Positions 24,915 through 37,870 of a DNA stretch of 64,000 nucleotides are shown piece by piece (within the stretch, counting starts at the first letter, position 1; the number at the start of each line of letters is the position of its first letter). Source of the stretch: Heptranchias perlo. Lineage: Eukaryota. The notes under the pieces are model-generated. The model saw only the letters and a program-made list of their open reading frames with translations, ran no database searches and was not told the DNA's origin. The DNA is taken from assembly GCF_035084215.1 (NCBI RefSeq), contig NC_090328.1:37324001-37388000 (forward strand), in the 5' to 3' direction. Position numbers and translations under genes: made by a program.

Positions 24915-27900
24915 TGTGGATTTGCAAGAAGTGTCAGATGGAGGAGCTTGAGCGGCAGCTGGCGTCACTATAGTGCATCTGTGAGGCTGACAGCTACAAG
25001 GATAGCACGTTTCTGGAGGTGGTCACCACACAGCTTAAGAGAGTGCAGGCAGAGGGGGACTGGGTGACCGCCAGACAGACGAGAAGGACCAAGCAGGTAG
25101 TGCAGGAGTCCCCTGGGGGCATCTCGCCCTCTAACCAGGTCAGAGGCTGGGTATTCTGCGGCGAGTGACCCACCTCCTGACTCCCCAAAGCCTTTGCACC
25201 ATCTACAAGGCACAAGTCAGGAGTGTGATGGAACACTCTCCACTGCCTGGATGAGTGCAGCTCCAACAACGCTCAAGAAGCTCCATACAGGGCAAAGCAG
25301 CCCGCTTGATTGGCACCCCATCCACCACCCTAAACATTCACTCCCTTCACCACCAACGCACAGTGGCTGCAGTGTATACAATCCACAGGGTGCACTGCAG
25401 AAACTCGCCAAGGCTTCTTCGACAGCACCTCCCAAACCCGCGACCACTACCACCTAGAAGGACAAGAGCAGCAGGTAGATGGGAACAACACCACCTGCAC
25501 GTTCCCCTCCAAGTCACACACCATCCCGACTTGGAAATATATCGCCGTTCCTTCATTATCGCTGGGTCAAAATCCTAGAACTCCCTTCCTAACAGCACTG
25601 TGGGAGAACCTTCACCACACAGACTGCAGCGGTTCAAGGAGGCGGCTCACCACCACCTTCTCCAGGGCAATTAGGGATGGGCAATAAATGCCGGCCTCGC
25701 TAGCGACGCCCACATCCCATGAACGAATAAAAAAAGTATTCAATTCTGAATACTGGTGAGGGAGAGGGTTCTTCTGATGAGTGCAGCCAGAGCCAAGTCC
25801 ACAGCACCATGGGTAGCTCAGCTGTACAGGGGGCGGAGGGGCGGAGAAAGAGAGGAGGTCAGGTGAGTAATAGTGATAGGGGATTCAATAGTTAGGGGAA
25901 CAGACAGGTCTGTCTGCGATTGCAGACGTGATTCCAGAATGGTATGTTGCTTCCCTGGTGCCAGGGTCAAGGATGTCACTGAGTGGCTGCAGAACATTCT
26001 GAAGAGGGAGGGGGACCAGCCAGCTGTCGTGGCCCATATCAGTACCAATGACATGGTAGAAATTAGAGGAATGAGGTCCTACAGGAAGAGTTTAGGGAGT
26101 TAGGAAAGATTAATAAGCAGGACCTCGAAAAGGTAGTAATCTCCAGATTACTCCTGGTGCCACGTGCTAGTGAGTATAGAAAAAGGAGGATAGGGCAGAT
26201 GAATGCGTGGCTGGAGAGATGGTGCAGGAGGGAGGGCTTTAGAGTGGTGGGGCAGTGGGACCAGTTCTGCGGAAGTGGGACCTGTACAGGCCAGATGGGT
26301 TGCACCGCAACAGAGCTAGGACCACTATCCTTGCGGGGAGGTTCGCCAGTTCTGTGGGGATGTGTTTAAACTAATTTGGCAGGGGCTTAGGCACCAGGAT
26401 GTAGCATTGGAAAGGAGAAACAAGGTTCACAAAGCATTGGGAGAGACAGATAGCACTAGAATAAGAAACAGTACGGTATTAGATGGGATCAGACTAAGAG
26501 AATACAAGAAGGTCGAAGCTAGGTTTACAGTGCATGTGTGTAAACGCACGAAAGGTAGTAAACAAGGTTGGTGAGCTGCAGGCACAATTAGCCACATGGG
26601 AATATGATGTTGTGGCGATAACAGAGACCTGGCTCAAAAAAGGGCAGGATTGGGTACTAAACATTCCTGGATACAAGGTGTTCAGGAAAGATAGGGAAGG
26701 AAAGAAAGGAGGGTGGGGGTAGCAGTATTGATTAAGGAGAATACTGCAGTGCTAGAGAGAGAGGATGTCCTGGAGGGGTCAGGAACAGAATCTATTTGGT
26801 TAGAGTTAAGAAACAATAGAGGTGCCAGTTCACTACTGGGGGTATTCTATAGGCCATTAATTAGTGGGAAGGTTATAGAAGTGCAAATTTGCAGGGGAAT
26901 TAGAGCTGTGCAAGAACATAAAGTAGTGATAATGGGGGACTTCAACTATCCTAATATAGACTGGGATAGAAATAGTGTAAAGGGCAAAGAGGGGGAGGAA
27001 TTTTTGAAATGTGTTCAGGAGAACTTTCTTGACCAATAAGTTTCCGGCCCAACGAAGAAGGAGGCATTGCTGGATCTGGTTCTGGGAAATGAGGTAGGCC
27101 AAGTGGAGCAAGTATCAGTTGGGGAACATTCATGGAATAGTGATCATAGTATCTTAAGGTTTAGATTAGCTATGGAAAAGGACCACACTAAAGTAATAAT
27201 TCTCCATTGAAGAGCCAATTTCTAGAAGGATGAGAACAGATCTGGTCTGTGTAAATTGGAATCAAAGATTAGCGGGCAAAACTGTAATTGAACAATGGGC
27301 AGCCTTTAGAAGAGGAGATGGTTTGGGTACAGTCTAGGTACATTTCTACGAAGGAAAAAGGTAGGGCAACTCGCTATCTTTCTCCCTGGATGACAAGAGA
27401 TAGAGTGTAAGATGAAGTAGAAAAAAAGGGGCGTATGACAAATATCAGGTTGATAATACAAGTGAGAACCAGGCTGAATATAGAAAGTTCAGAGGGGAAG
27501 CAAAAAAGGAAATGAGGGGCAAAGAGAGAGTTTGAAAATAGACTGGCAGCTAACATAAAAGGGAATCCAAAAGTCTTCTATAGACATGTAAACAGTAAAC
27601 GGGTAATAAGGAGGGGTGGGACTGATTAAGGACCAAAAAGGAGATCTACGCATGGAGGCAGAGGGCATGGCTGATACACTAAATGAGTACTTTGCATCTG
27701 TCTTTACCAAGGAAGAAGATGTTGCCAAAGGCACAGTAAATGAAGAGGTGGTTGGACAAAATTAAGTCACTTGGATTAATTAAGGAAAGATAGCATGGAT
27801 TTGTTGAAGGCAAATCATGTTTAACCAACTTGATTGAGTTTTTTGATGAGGTAACAGAGGGGGTCAATGAGGGCAATGCAGTTGATGTGGTGCATGTAGA

Positions 27901-28955
27901 GTTTGATAAAGTGCTGCAAAATAGGCTTGTCATCACAGTTGAAGCCCATGGAATAAAAGGGGCAGTAAGTAACAGGGAACAGAGAGTAGTGGTGAAGGGT
28001 TATTTCTCGGACTGGAGGAAGGGACACATTGGTGTTTCCCGGAGGTCGGTACTAGGACCAGTGCTTTTCTTGATATGCGTGACTTGGATGTACAGGGCAC
28101 AACTTCAAAATTTGCAAATGACATAACACTTGTAAGGGTAATGAACAGTGAGGAGGACAGTGATAGCCTTCAAAAGAACATAGACAGGCTTGTGGAATCG
28201 GCAGACACATGAAATTTAATGCAGAAAAGTAGGAAGTGATCATTTCAGTAGGAAGAATGAGAAGCGGCAATATAAACTGAAGGGTACAATTCTAAAAAGG
28301 GTGCAGAAACAGAGATCTGGGGGTATATGTGCACAAATCGTTGAAGGTGGCAGGGCAAGTTGAGAAAGCGGTTAAAAGCAGATCCTGGGCTTCAAAATAG
28401 AGGCACAGAGTACGAAAGCAAGGAGGTTATGATGAACTTTTATAACACTGGTTCGACCATAACTGGAATATTGCATCCAGTTCTGGGCACCGCACTTTAG
28501 GAAAGATGTGAAGGATGAGAGGGTGCAGGAGAGATTTACTAGAATGATTCCAGGGATGAGGGACTTCAGTTTCATGGAGAAGCTGGGGTTGTTCTCCTTA
28601 GAGCAGAGAAGGTTGTGAGGAGATTTGATAGAGGTATTCAAAATCATGAAGGGTCTGGACAGAGTAGAGAGAAACTGGTCCCATTGGCAGAAGGGTCAAG
28701 AACCAGAGGACATTGATTTAAGGTAATTGGCAAAATACTTTTTTTAACACAGCAATTGGCTATGATCCAGAATGCACTGCCCGAGGGGGTGGTGGAGGCA
28801 GATTCAATCATTGCCTTCAAAAGGGGAGGGAAAAAATTTTCAGGGCTATAGGTTTAGGGCAGGGGAGTGGGACTAGCTGGATTGCTCTTTGAGAGCAGGC
28901 ATAGACTCGACAGGCCAAAAGGTCTACTTCTGTGCTGTAACTATTCTATTCTATA
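24915..28955 (+). mobile_element. Near-full-length decayed CR1 LINE (ORF1 zinc-finger/zipper plus SGNH esterase; ORF2 APE-RT)
   Basis: ICKKCQ..ELERQL at about 24920, IGDSIVRG..CFPGARVKDV (25873), NARKVVNK..AITETWL (26534), GDFNYPNIDW, RT remnants, and the tail ctgtgctgtaactattctattcta. Confidence 0.93.
25137..25735 (+). mobile_element. 3' fragment of the second LINE family nested in CR1 ORF1
   Basis: ORF 25255-25578 (ARLIGTPSTTLNIHSLHHQRTVAAV) and the same 3' tail as 2400-2465, ending in poly(A). Confidence 0.88.
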
Positions 28956-29379
28956 AAAACATTACCATAGTAACTTTTGCAATCCTTTTAATGCTATGTG
29001 CACGTACAACCCCCCTCTCTGGATTTTCAATTGCTGACCACCCCTTTTTCAGGCGAGAAGTGGACAATCAGTAGTTGAAAATTTTTAAATAACTTCATCC
29101 TAAATAAAGCAGCTCAAGAAAAAAATTAAGCATGCAATGCCCCAGAAGGCAGTTAGCAAATGCAGCACTAATAAGAAAAATATTTCAGTTATGTCACTTA
29201 AATCAATCCTAAAATTAAGGGTTTATTTAAAATATATATTCATATTTAAAATTATTTGATCTAAATGTGGATAAAATATGACAAGCCATGACCTATATCC
29301 CAGTCACTACTTGAACTCAAATTTTATCAGGTTAGCTTGCTCATATCCCACAGCTCATCATCTGTCCTATATGGGCATA

Positions 29380-29652
29380 TGTAAGGAGTCTTACAACACC
29401 AGGTTTATAGTCCAATAGCTTTATTTGAAACCACAAGCTTTCAGAGGCTTCCTCCTTCGTCAGGTGAGTGTGGGATTCCGTAAAGGTACAGCATATATAG
29501 TCAGAAAACAATGCCTGGTAATTACAGATAATCTTTCCAACTGCCAGTTATCAAAGCAATCAAAGGAGTTGAATGGTGTTCAGACAGAGAAACATTACAT
29601 ACAAGACTACTGAATACACAAACAGTCAGAACACAAAGACAGAGACCCACCA
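29380..29652 (-). mobile_element. Penelope pLTR fragment with a hammerhead motif and 13-bp TSD
   Basis: Similar to 40707-40921. Direct repeat ctatatgggcata at 29367-29379 and 29653-29665. Confidence 0.85.
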
Positions 29653-30133
29653 CTATATGGGCATAGCTCTATTATATATATATATATTACACTTGGGCCT
29701 GGGGACCAGAGAATTGTGAATATTACCCCAATACTCAAAATAGAGTGAGGCACGCATTGTGGAATTTAGACCAGTGAACACGGATACTGGGGAATTTTTG
29801 CTGTTGTTGAACGGTTATACAAATATTTCTCGCCATTAGGCGGTCCTTTGGAACGAAACATCTGCATCTAGCGTTAGCCACTCCACAATTTTACTTACTT
29901 CTATTGATTGTATCAATTAATAATTTCGATTACGGCCAGTACAGCCGGGATACGACAGGTGTGAGAGAGAGAGAGTTTATCACCTGGAAGCCCTAACCTC
30001 ACTCCCCCTGCCACCCTCCGCCTCCACATCACTCACAGGCAAATGTGAGCTACTCAGTAGCACAGTAACTAACCGCTCCCTCCTTCACTCCCGCACCACA
30101 ACTTCAACAAGAGAAAGACAAACCCTCACTCAC

Positions 30134-30136
30134 CAT
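30134..30136 (-). CDS. TMEM167A: TMEM167A (protein kish-A) coding exon 1, initiator ATG only (a second in-frame ATG lies at 30137-30139)
   Basis: The minus strand reads ...gtacATGATG|gtgagt, a consensus 5' splice site inside the CpG island. The phase-0 junction to exon 2 gives M-SAIFNFQ. Confidence 0.85.
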
Positions 30137-30379
30137 CATGTACACTTCATAGCCACATCACACTTCCTGCCAGACCTGGAAATGACGCACACCTCTTATC
30201 GCCAATTGGCTCCCTGGCTGCTCCGATCTCGCATCCTTCCCTTGGTATCGCCACACAGCCGCACGGAAGTGATGACGCTCCACACACGGACAGGGTCGGT
30301 GCTCAGGCACGAGTTTGTGTAAAACGTCATCGGAAGTGGGGTGGTTGGTGTGACGCGCTGCGATGCGGGATTGGCTGGG

Positions 30380-30453
30380 CCGGAGGAAGGTTGTGTGCTC
30401 GGTCTGATGTCGGTGTGAAAGTGAGCGGAGAAGTTACAGCGAGAAAACTGGCG
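30380..30453 (+). other. Candidate non-coding first exon of the divergent gene, probably XRCC4 (synteny inference only)
   Basis: Donor-like GCG|gtaaat at 30454, with alternatives AAA|gtgagc at 30421 and AAG|gtacaa at 30553. TMEM167A is head-to-head with XRCC4 in mammals. No XRCC4 coding sequence was seen in the window. Confidence 0.35.
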
Positions 30454-31544
30454 GTAAATGTGAACAGCGTCACCATTTAAACTTAGCTGCAGTCGGGGCT
30501 GTGGCGTCAAGTGAAGCCGCCTCTGGACAGCTCGGGTATAAAGGGCCTAAAGGTACAAATCAAGGGTTTAAATGGTTCTGTCACTTTGTTGTTATGAACT
30601 TTATTCGACACGAGTTATGGCTGTTTGACCCCCGGATAGCCTAGCCCTCAGCTTCACATATTACTTTTATGAAGGTGACAGCTTGTAGACCCCCTTGAAC
30701 ATATGGAGGGTCACAACAGAAAGTTTGCAATTTTGATACCCGCAAGATTTCCCAAACAGACGACACTTCATTAAACCCTACACCACTCATTTGGAGGGGG
30801 GGGGAGGGGGGGGGAGTACTTTGTGGCACAGTCATCCACACTTCAGAAGGATTTTGGATGTCACTTAAAAAAATGATGAAAGCTACTTTACACTACTGGT
30901 TTTCAAATATTGCTCTGTGGGGAACCCTGCAAATATTATTATATTCCTGGGGCTCTTGTGTCCTAATTTCCAGCAGACAGTGCCAGTTATTCAAAGAAAA
31001 ACAACTATCATTGCAGAAAGCATTTTTATTAGCATACCACAAAATAAATAACATGAAAGTAAGTCAACAAATACAGAAATCCGATGACTGATTGATAGAA
31101 ATTTGATGACCTGTACATTCAGAGTAGGCTCTGTTTGCAATTGTATCAACAACACCACAGCTACTAAGGGCCTGTTTTTTTCCTTTGAGAATTTTATACT
31201 CGACAAAATGAAGGGTATCAGTTGCGGAGAATGGAATACTTTTCCACAGGAAAGCTTTTTGAACTCTTTTCCCAGTAGATACCTTAACCTCAACCTTAGA
31301 TTCCTTATTGCAAGTAGCCACCCTGTCTGTTCCTTTTGAACTGCCCAGTTAGGGCAGTGGATTCAGTGGATTCACAGCCATAAGAATAGCCTGTCCAAAC
31401 TCATTTCACTCTGGTCTATGAGGAAGATTTTCATTCTATCCTGGCTAGATTGAAAAAAGTCCCAGTGGTGAAAAAAGTTTGCTAACCGACTGTGCCATCC
31501 AGTCCAGTCAAAAAGTCTATTTTTGTGGAATTTGTGCATAATTA

Positions 31545-32360
31545 TTGGGAAAACTGAAGCCATTGCCTTTGGTCCCCACTGCAAATGCAATTGGCACCAA
31601 CTCCATTCCTCTCCCTGGCCACTGTCTGAGGCTGAACCAGACTGTTGGTAACCATGTCATCCTATTTGATCCTGAGATGAGCTTCCAACCACATATCCAC
31701 TCCATCACCAAGACCGCCTACTTCCACCTCCGTAACATTGTCTGTCTCCACCCCTGCCCCTGCTGCTGAAATCCTCATCCATGCCTTTGTTACGTGTAGA
31801 CTCGACTATTCCAATGCTCTCCTGGCCGGCCTCTCATCTTCCACCCTCCATAAACTTGAGCTCATCCAAAACTCTGCTGCCCGTATCCTAACTCACATCA
31901 AGTCCCGTTCTCCCATCATCTCTGTACTTGCTGACCTACATTGACTCCCAGTCTGGAAATGTCTTGATTTTAAAATTCTCATCCTTGTTTTCAAATCCCT
32001 CCATGGCCTCGCCCCTCCCCATCTCTGTAACCTCCTCCAGCCCTACAACCCTCCGAGATCTCTGCCCTTCAATTCTTGCTTCTTGCACATCCCCGATTTT
32101 TTTTTAATCGCTCCACCATTGGCAGCCGTACCTTCAGCTGCCGAGGCCCAAAGCTCTGTAATTCCCTCCCTAAACCTCTCTACCTTTCTTCCTTTAAAAC
32201 GCTCCTTAAAACCTGCCTCTTTGACCAAGCTTTTGGTCACCTGTCTTAATATCTCCTTATGTGGCTCGGTGTCAAATTTTGTTTGATAATTGCTCCTGTG
32301 AAGTGCCTTGGGGTGTTTTACTACATTAAAGGTGCTATATAAATGCAAGTTGTTGTTGAT
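31545..32360 (+). mobile_element. L2 LINE 3' portion
   Basis: [20 protein letters not shown]...[12 protein letters not shown], followed by the L2 tail. Confidence 0.9.
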
Positions 32361-34469
32361 GATTCCTCTATTGAAAAATGAATATCCAGCTGTCAAAGAC
32401 TTTGTGGAAGAGCTGTTTCATCCCCTTTTGTCTCTGGAGACTCTCCATCCAGTTTTATCTTTTCCTATTGAGAGGTGCCCAGCCTGTACTCAGCACTTTT
32501 CTGTGACAGCATGGCCGATACCAAGAATTCAGCAGAGCCAGAGATTATACTTGCATCGCACCAGTCTGTTATAACGATATTCCAACGTGTAGTAACATTG
32601 AGCTGTCCTAATTTACATCAGATTTTAGGAATACTGCAATTTAGAATTATAATTATGAACATTAGTAAACTTTTGGCTGATGGCATGTTCAACATCTGCA
32701 ATTTAATCAGTAGATTTTTCATCACAAAAAAGCACTTTTCCTATGACAGTGTTGATCTTGTTGTACTTTACCTTGCAGAATTTCTCTCCCCGCAAGGTGC
32801 TGAGATCAAATGTTGTCCTCGGACCGTGGCTCAGTGAATACAGACTGGGAATCAAACTATGGTTCTTCTGGTCTGTAAGGGGCACTGAGCAGTGGTCTTC
32901 ACCCATTTGGCCACTAAGGAGGCTTGCATTCAGATTCTAAGATACCTTTAGCATATCATATAACCTAATGATTTATACCATGGCAATATTATTTCTAGTG
33001 TTTAGTGGAAGACAGGCCAAGGCTTCTTATTAGGTGCAGATTGGAAAATGAACATTTGCAGGGAAATTTAACCTTCCCTTCTTGTATCCCAATAAATTTA
33101 CCCTTACCTATAGGTAATCCTTTGTGACATACAGAGAGATCTATTCATAATTGGTACAAATCTCACAGTATAGATGCAAGCTGAACTGGATTCTGGCTTT
33201 ACTTGTAGTACACAGTTATAATTTGGGAGGTGAGTTATCAGTGCAGAATGACATGCTTAGTGATGTCCTGTGAAACAGCTTGAAATTGATGAAAAGTAGT
33301 TTTGAAAACAAATTCAAATAAACATGTTTATTTTAAGAGAAGACACGTTGCTGTTGGTATTTTTAAACAATTGAACTACTCTTGTCAATTTTCTGTATTT
33401 TTAAAACATTTTTCAAATGATGGCTGAGTTGTGGTTTAAACCAAGAGTCTACACCCCACATTTATATTATAATAAGTATAAATGAATATCATTTAATAAT
33501 TTACCATAAAATATGCCAGAGGCAATCCCTTCAGTGCTAAATCATGTATGTGTAAGCAGCATTTACAATATAATGAGCTACCATTATAGAATTCTTCAAT
33601 TAGAGTGGAAAAGTACTTTCAAAGCAAAAAAACCTTTACTGTAGAAAATTTCACAATGAATACATAATGCATTATATATAGAAAATAAGATTGTTGAGAA
33701 GGCAGTAATTTAATTTTGGGTACTTCAAATGATAAACATATAACGCTTCTGGCATATTGCATTACCTAAACTACTCAGTTGTATTATCTTCTAACTCACT
33801 GATCTTATGTAATGATTGGGGATCGATTGTTGCAGTAGATTGATCAAGGACTGAATAATGCAGTGGGTTAGATAACATACTTTCGCTATTTAGGACCTGA
33901 GTTTAAACCTAGCATAGACTGATGGGAAATTGGTCTCCCCTCTCTCTTGACTGTAATGGAACTATGTGAAATGAGTTTGAGTAGCCTCAGTCCAGTTCCC
34001 AGTGAGCATGGTCCAGAGCACAAACCTGATGCTGATTTACCATTAATTGGCAATCTCACTGAAAGGGTCTATGGGATGTCTAGTGTGGGGAAATAGGAAA
34101 TTCTACACAGGCACAGTAATTGCTCTTCAGAAGTAAGGGCTGATGCACATGGTTGGAGCAGAGTAGAAGGAACTTTATTCTGCATCTGACTGCTATAATC
34201 GACATGGGACTGCTTGATGCTGATGCTGCATGTCTAAAATGGAAAGTGTTCCATTCCCTAGTACTAACATCCCTCAGCATGATGAGCAGAGTTACTATTT
34301 ATTTCTTCTATCACCATTATGTATTGTAATTTCTGTTTCTTTCCTGTTTCCCTGGCTTTATTTCTCTCTCACTTTCTATCATCTTCTGATATTCTCTTTC
34401 ATTCTTCGCCAGACCACAATAACCAGATTTGAGGGATTAAGCTGTGAATGCCTGCTGCAACATAATGGG

Positions 34470-37400
34470 CATTAAACCAGGAACAGATGAGGAAAGTCTC
34501 TGGTTCAGTCGGAGGTCTGGACTGAATTAACTGCTCTCTTAGGGCAGCAACTGGGACACCTGGGCTCGAGAGAAATATCAGGCAAGATTTACACCCCGGT
34601 TGCTATCCAGTGACAGTCACTAGAAAATCAGATGTTTGGGTGAGCACAGGATTGGGCTCTTCGATGTCACATAGCTGTCGGCACTTGCAGTGTAGAATTT
34701 CACATACAAAATGACCTTTCGGACAAGTTAGCAGGCATCTATGGAACTGCAGTCCAACATGAGTCAGCACCTTCAGGAGGGGAGAAAGAACATTGGAGGG
34801 AGAAAAGAAATGGCCATCAAGATTTTGAGGAGGCATACAATCATGCATATTTTCTTTGAGAATCTCAGCTGTCCAATAAAAAGTCTAATAAAACGGGCAC
34901 TTATAAGAACTAGAGTTTCTGCAGGATCTGGAAATCCCTCCTGAAAGTGGAGTATAGAAGTGTCCAGTATCCCTCTGCATGATATAACTATCAGCTGCAA
35001 ATGATTTCTTAATAAGTTGGCAATAATGATGCCAAGATCAAACATTAATTCTTCAGTGTTAGCACCATCAGGATCAATGACATGGAGAACACTGACAGTC
35101 TTTACGAGCGGCCAGCTGCTGTTGGCACAAAGATGAACTCAAAACTGAGAAACATACAATTAACACCATATAATTACTAAAACAGGAAAGAAATAATGTG
35201 ATTTCAAAGCAGCAATCTAATCTTGGAGATCAATTGATGGTTTTTACAGAGTAGTTTTTTCTCATGGCTTATGACATTATCTGATCTCCCCTTGATTTAC
35301 TGCTTTGTCATTTCTCACTAATATTGATTAATTTCAGTTTCCTTTCAGATAGTCCATGAGTTTCTACGATACTTTCACTCACCAAGGTAGTTAAGAGCAT
35401 GATGGACTAAGAAAGACCTTTTGGCGTAGCAGTGAAGGAACAGATGTTCTCTTTTCCAATGCGTTCTAGTCACTGAATATCATTTATTTGAGTGAAGTAT
35501 GCACAGTTTAGTACTTTCTACATAAAGCTATAATGTGCTTTTGGCATTTCATTTGTATGCTTCACTGCGCAAGAGAATCCCAAGTGGTAAATTTGGTCAG
35601 TTTTGCAATATTGGAAAACTAATTCATCCTATAAACTACACTCTGTGCTGTGTGGTGGTGGGGGGAACCATGATATAATCATATTTTCCCTTTCCATTGT
35701 CTTCCTTTACTGAAGGTAGGAACACTTGCTGGGGTTCGTACAGGTGCCCATCTTTCATGTGTGAATGTAGACTGCAAATGTAAGCAGACTCGAACAGAGG
35801 GGCAAACAAGTCTGATCCTGATGTCCAAATACATGCACTTTCCAGCAGGGGTCACTGCATAGCAAAAGGCAGCACAAGTTCTTGATAATTTGACCCTCTC
35901 TTTAGGCCATAATTGCTGAGGCCTATTCTAGCGCCCTTATGCCAACTAACCACAAAGGTCAGTTAATTCAATACAGACTGGGAATCAGATTAAGAGTTGG
36001 TCATTTTTGATGATTATCCACTCTCAGTTGGTGACAGAAGACCCAACTGAAGTGTGGTGTACAAAATAGTGTGATAACCGTGGGATAATAGTTGGCAGTA
36101 AATTATGAGTGTCTCTGTTGATGTCAAAGCATGAGCATTCAAAACTCATTAGTTGCTTTTTGTTTTTGTAAATCAGTAAATTAAAAATGAAGTATGCTGA
36201 ATGTATAATCATTTTTGACATTTCCTGTCTAATGCAGGATGATGTAGGTGAAAGAGCAATCATGGATTTAAAGATACCATGTGACCAGTTATAATATTTC
36301 AAGTTGTTCTTGAAAAGTAAATTACTGGAAAATAGATCAGCAGATTGCATAGTGTGCAATCATAGTCACAGTTTCAATAATCTCTGCATACAGTTCCTAG
36401 GTGGTCTTTAGTTTTTGGGAACTTGAAGTTGATGTTAAAAGTTGTGCATATTTGTGTTTGGAATTGAAACTGCCAGCTAAGCAATAACACACCTGGCTAA
36501 AGGTAACCTTGGTAGGTGTTGAACTGATACTCATATTCTGCAATTTGGATTAGATCAGGAAATGTGCAGTTTCTCAAAGGTGCTTATGATACAAATTTAA
36601 ACTGGGTTGAGATGCTGTCCGCTGGATTTTGTAGCTAACTTTTCCAAAATTATTGGTGTGAATAAAGAATCCAGGTACATTTTTTTTTAATGAGTACAGG
36701 TGTGCATTGTATTAGTGCCAGTTTGGGAATTTACTAAGAAAAAGTTGTAATGCCTAATAAAATTTATTGGGCAGCTATGGTCTAAACAAATATTGAGTGG
36801 AAGAATTTTTTTTTAATCGACATACTAGATTTTCTTATATTCCTGAATAATTGTATGCAGAGATTTGAAGTAAACAGCTAAAGTAGGATGTGGACAGCAT
36901 AGGCCTTTTAGGATATTATTGTTTTTGGTTGAAATTGCCTCTCTTGAATGTGCCTTGCTTTCAAATTCTGTTGACCATGAGTTTGTCTTATTTCATTTTT
37001 GTCTTTTTAAAAATTTCCTCCTCAATATTCACCCCTTCCCTCCTATTCTGAAGGTATCGACTCCTCTTGGGTAAAATTCCACAGGTGCCTGTTGTCCTCT
37101 AATGCCAAGTAGTCATTATTCATGTGTGAGCCATGACGATGAGTGTTAGTGTGCTATTCAACTTCCTGAAGCATCACAGCTAAGCCCAATTGTGTTCTTG
37201 CTTAATGTCCACATTTGCACACTTCCAGTGGTTTCTGTTTCCTGAATCCAGGGATGTTGAGTCCAGTTGTAGTGCCCCATGTACCCCTACTGCCATCCTG
37301 GTGGAGATCAAATAAATTAGCACAGACCAGGGACCAAACATGTTTTTTTTTCTAGTTTGTAAGGCTCAGCTATTCATTGGATAAATTTGCTGAGATGTTG

Positions 37401-37870
37401 AGAGCATTTTTATTTTTCTTCCTCCTCCAGTTTTTTCACCTTTCCCCTCACCTGAAAGTAGTGACTCTACAGGCATTGGCATTTTAAAAAATTTGTTCAT
37501 AGGATGTGGGCATCGCTGGCAAGGCCAGCATTTATTGCCCATCCCTAATTGCCCTTGAGAATCCCATATCTTCCCCATCCCCCATTCTCAGCTTTGCCCA
37601 AGCTATCAAGTATGTGTGAACTTAGACAGTAAGTGTCAGCAAACTGTTTGATCATGGGAGCCATCATACCCAATCCCAATTCTGTCCTGACCATCATCTA
37701 CAGCATATTTACAGCAGGTGTTACTGAACCTTAGAACTCCCCTCTCCAACCTGGTGAACTGAGGTCAGTTGTATTGTCCTAGTTGCAGTTGTATCTGAGA
37801 TTGGTTCGTGGGATCTTCCTAATCCGTATGACTCAGTCCCACATCACATGGTGCATTTACACACTAAGCT
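34470..37870. mobile_element. Several old LF-SINE-like copies (about 34470-34780 +, 35710-35990 -, 37040-37340 -, 37600-37870 -)
   Basis: Shared segments such as tgcacacttccagcaggggtcactg and agcacagaccaggga resemble the 11650 copy. Confidence 0.55.

Larger units (their letters stand above)
29900..30620. promoter_or_regulatory. CpG-island bidirectional promoter (TMEM167A on minus; divergent gene on plus)
   Basis: The clearest CpG-dense non-repeat stretch in the window. ETS/GABP CGGAAGTG at 30264 and 30331, CRE half-sites TGACG/CGTCA at 30183, 30273, 30325, 30351, 30468 and 30505, CCAATTGG at 30202, and ATTGG at 30370. Confidence 0.85.

Noticed and set aside
30196-30510. 104-aa minus-strand ORF in the CpG island
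   Set aside because: It starts at a non-ATG codon, has no recognisable protein motif, and is expected by chance in GC-rich DNA.
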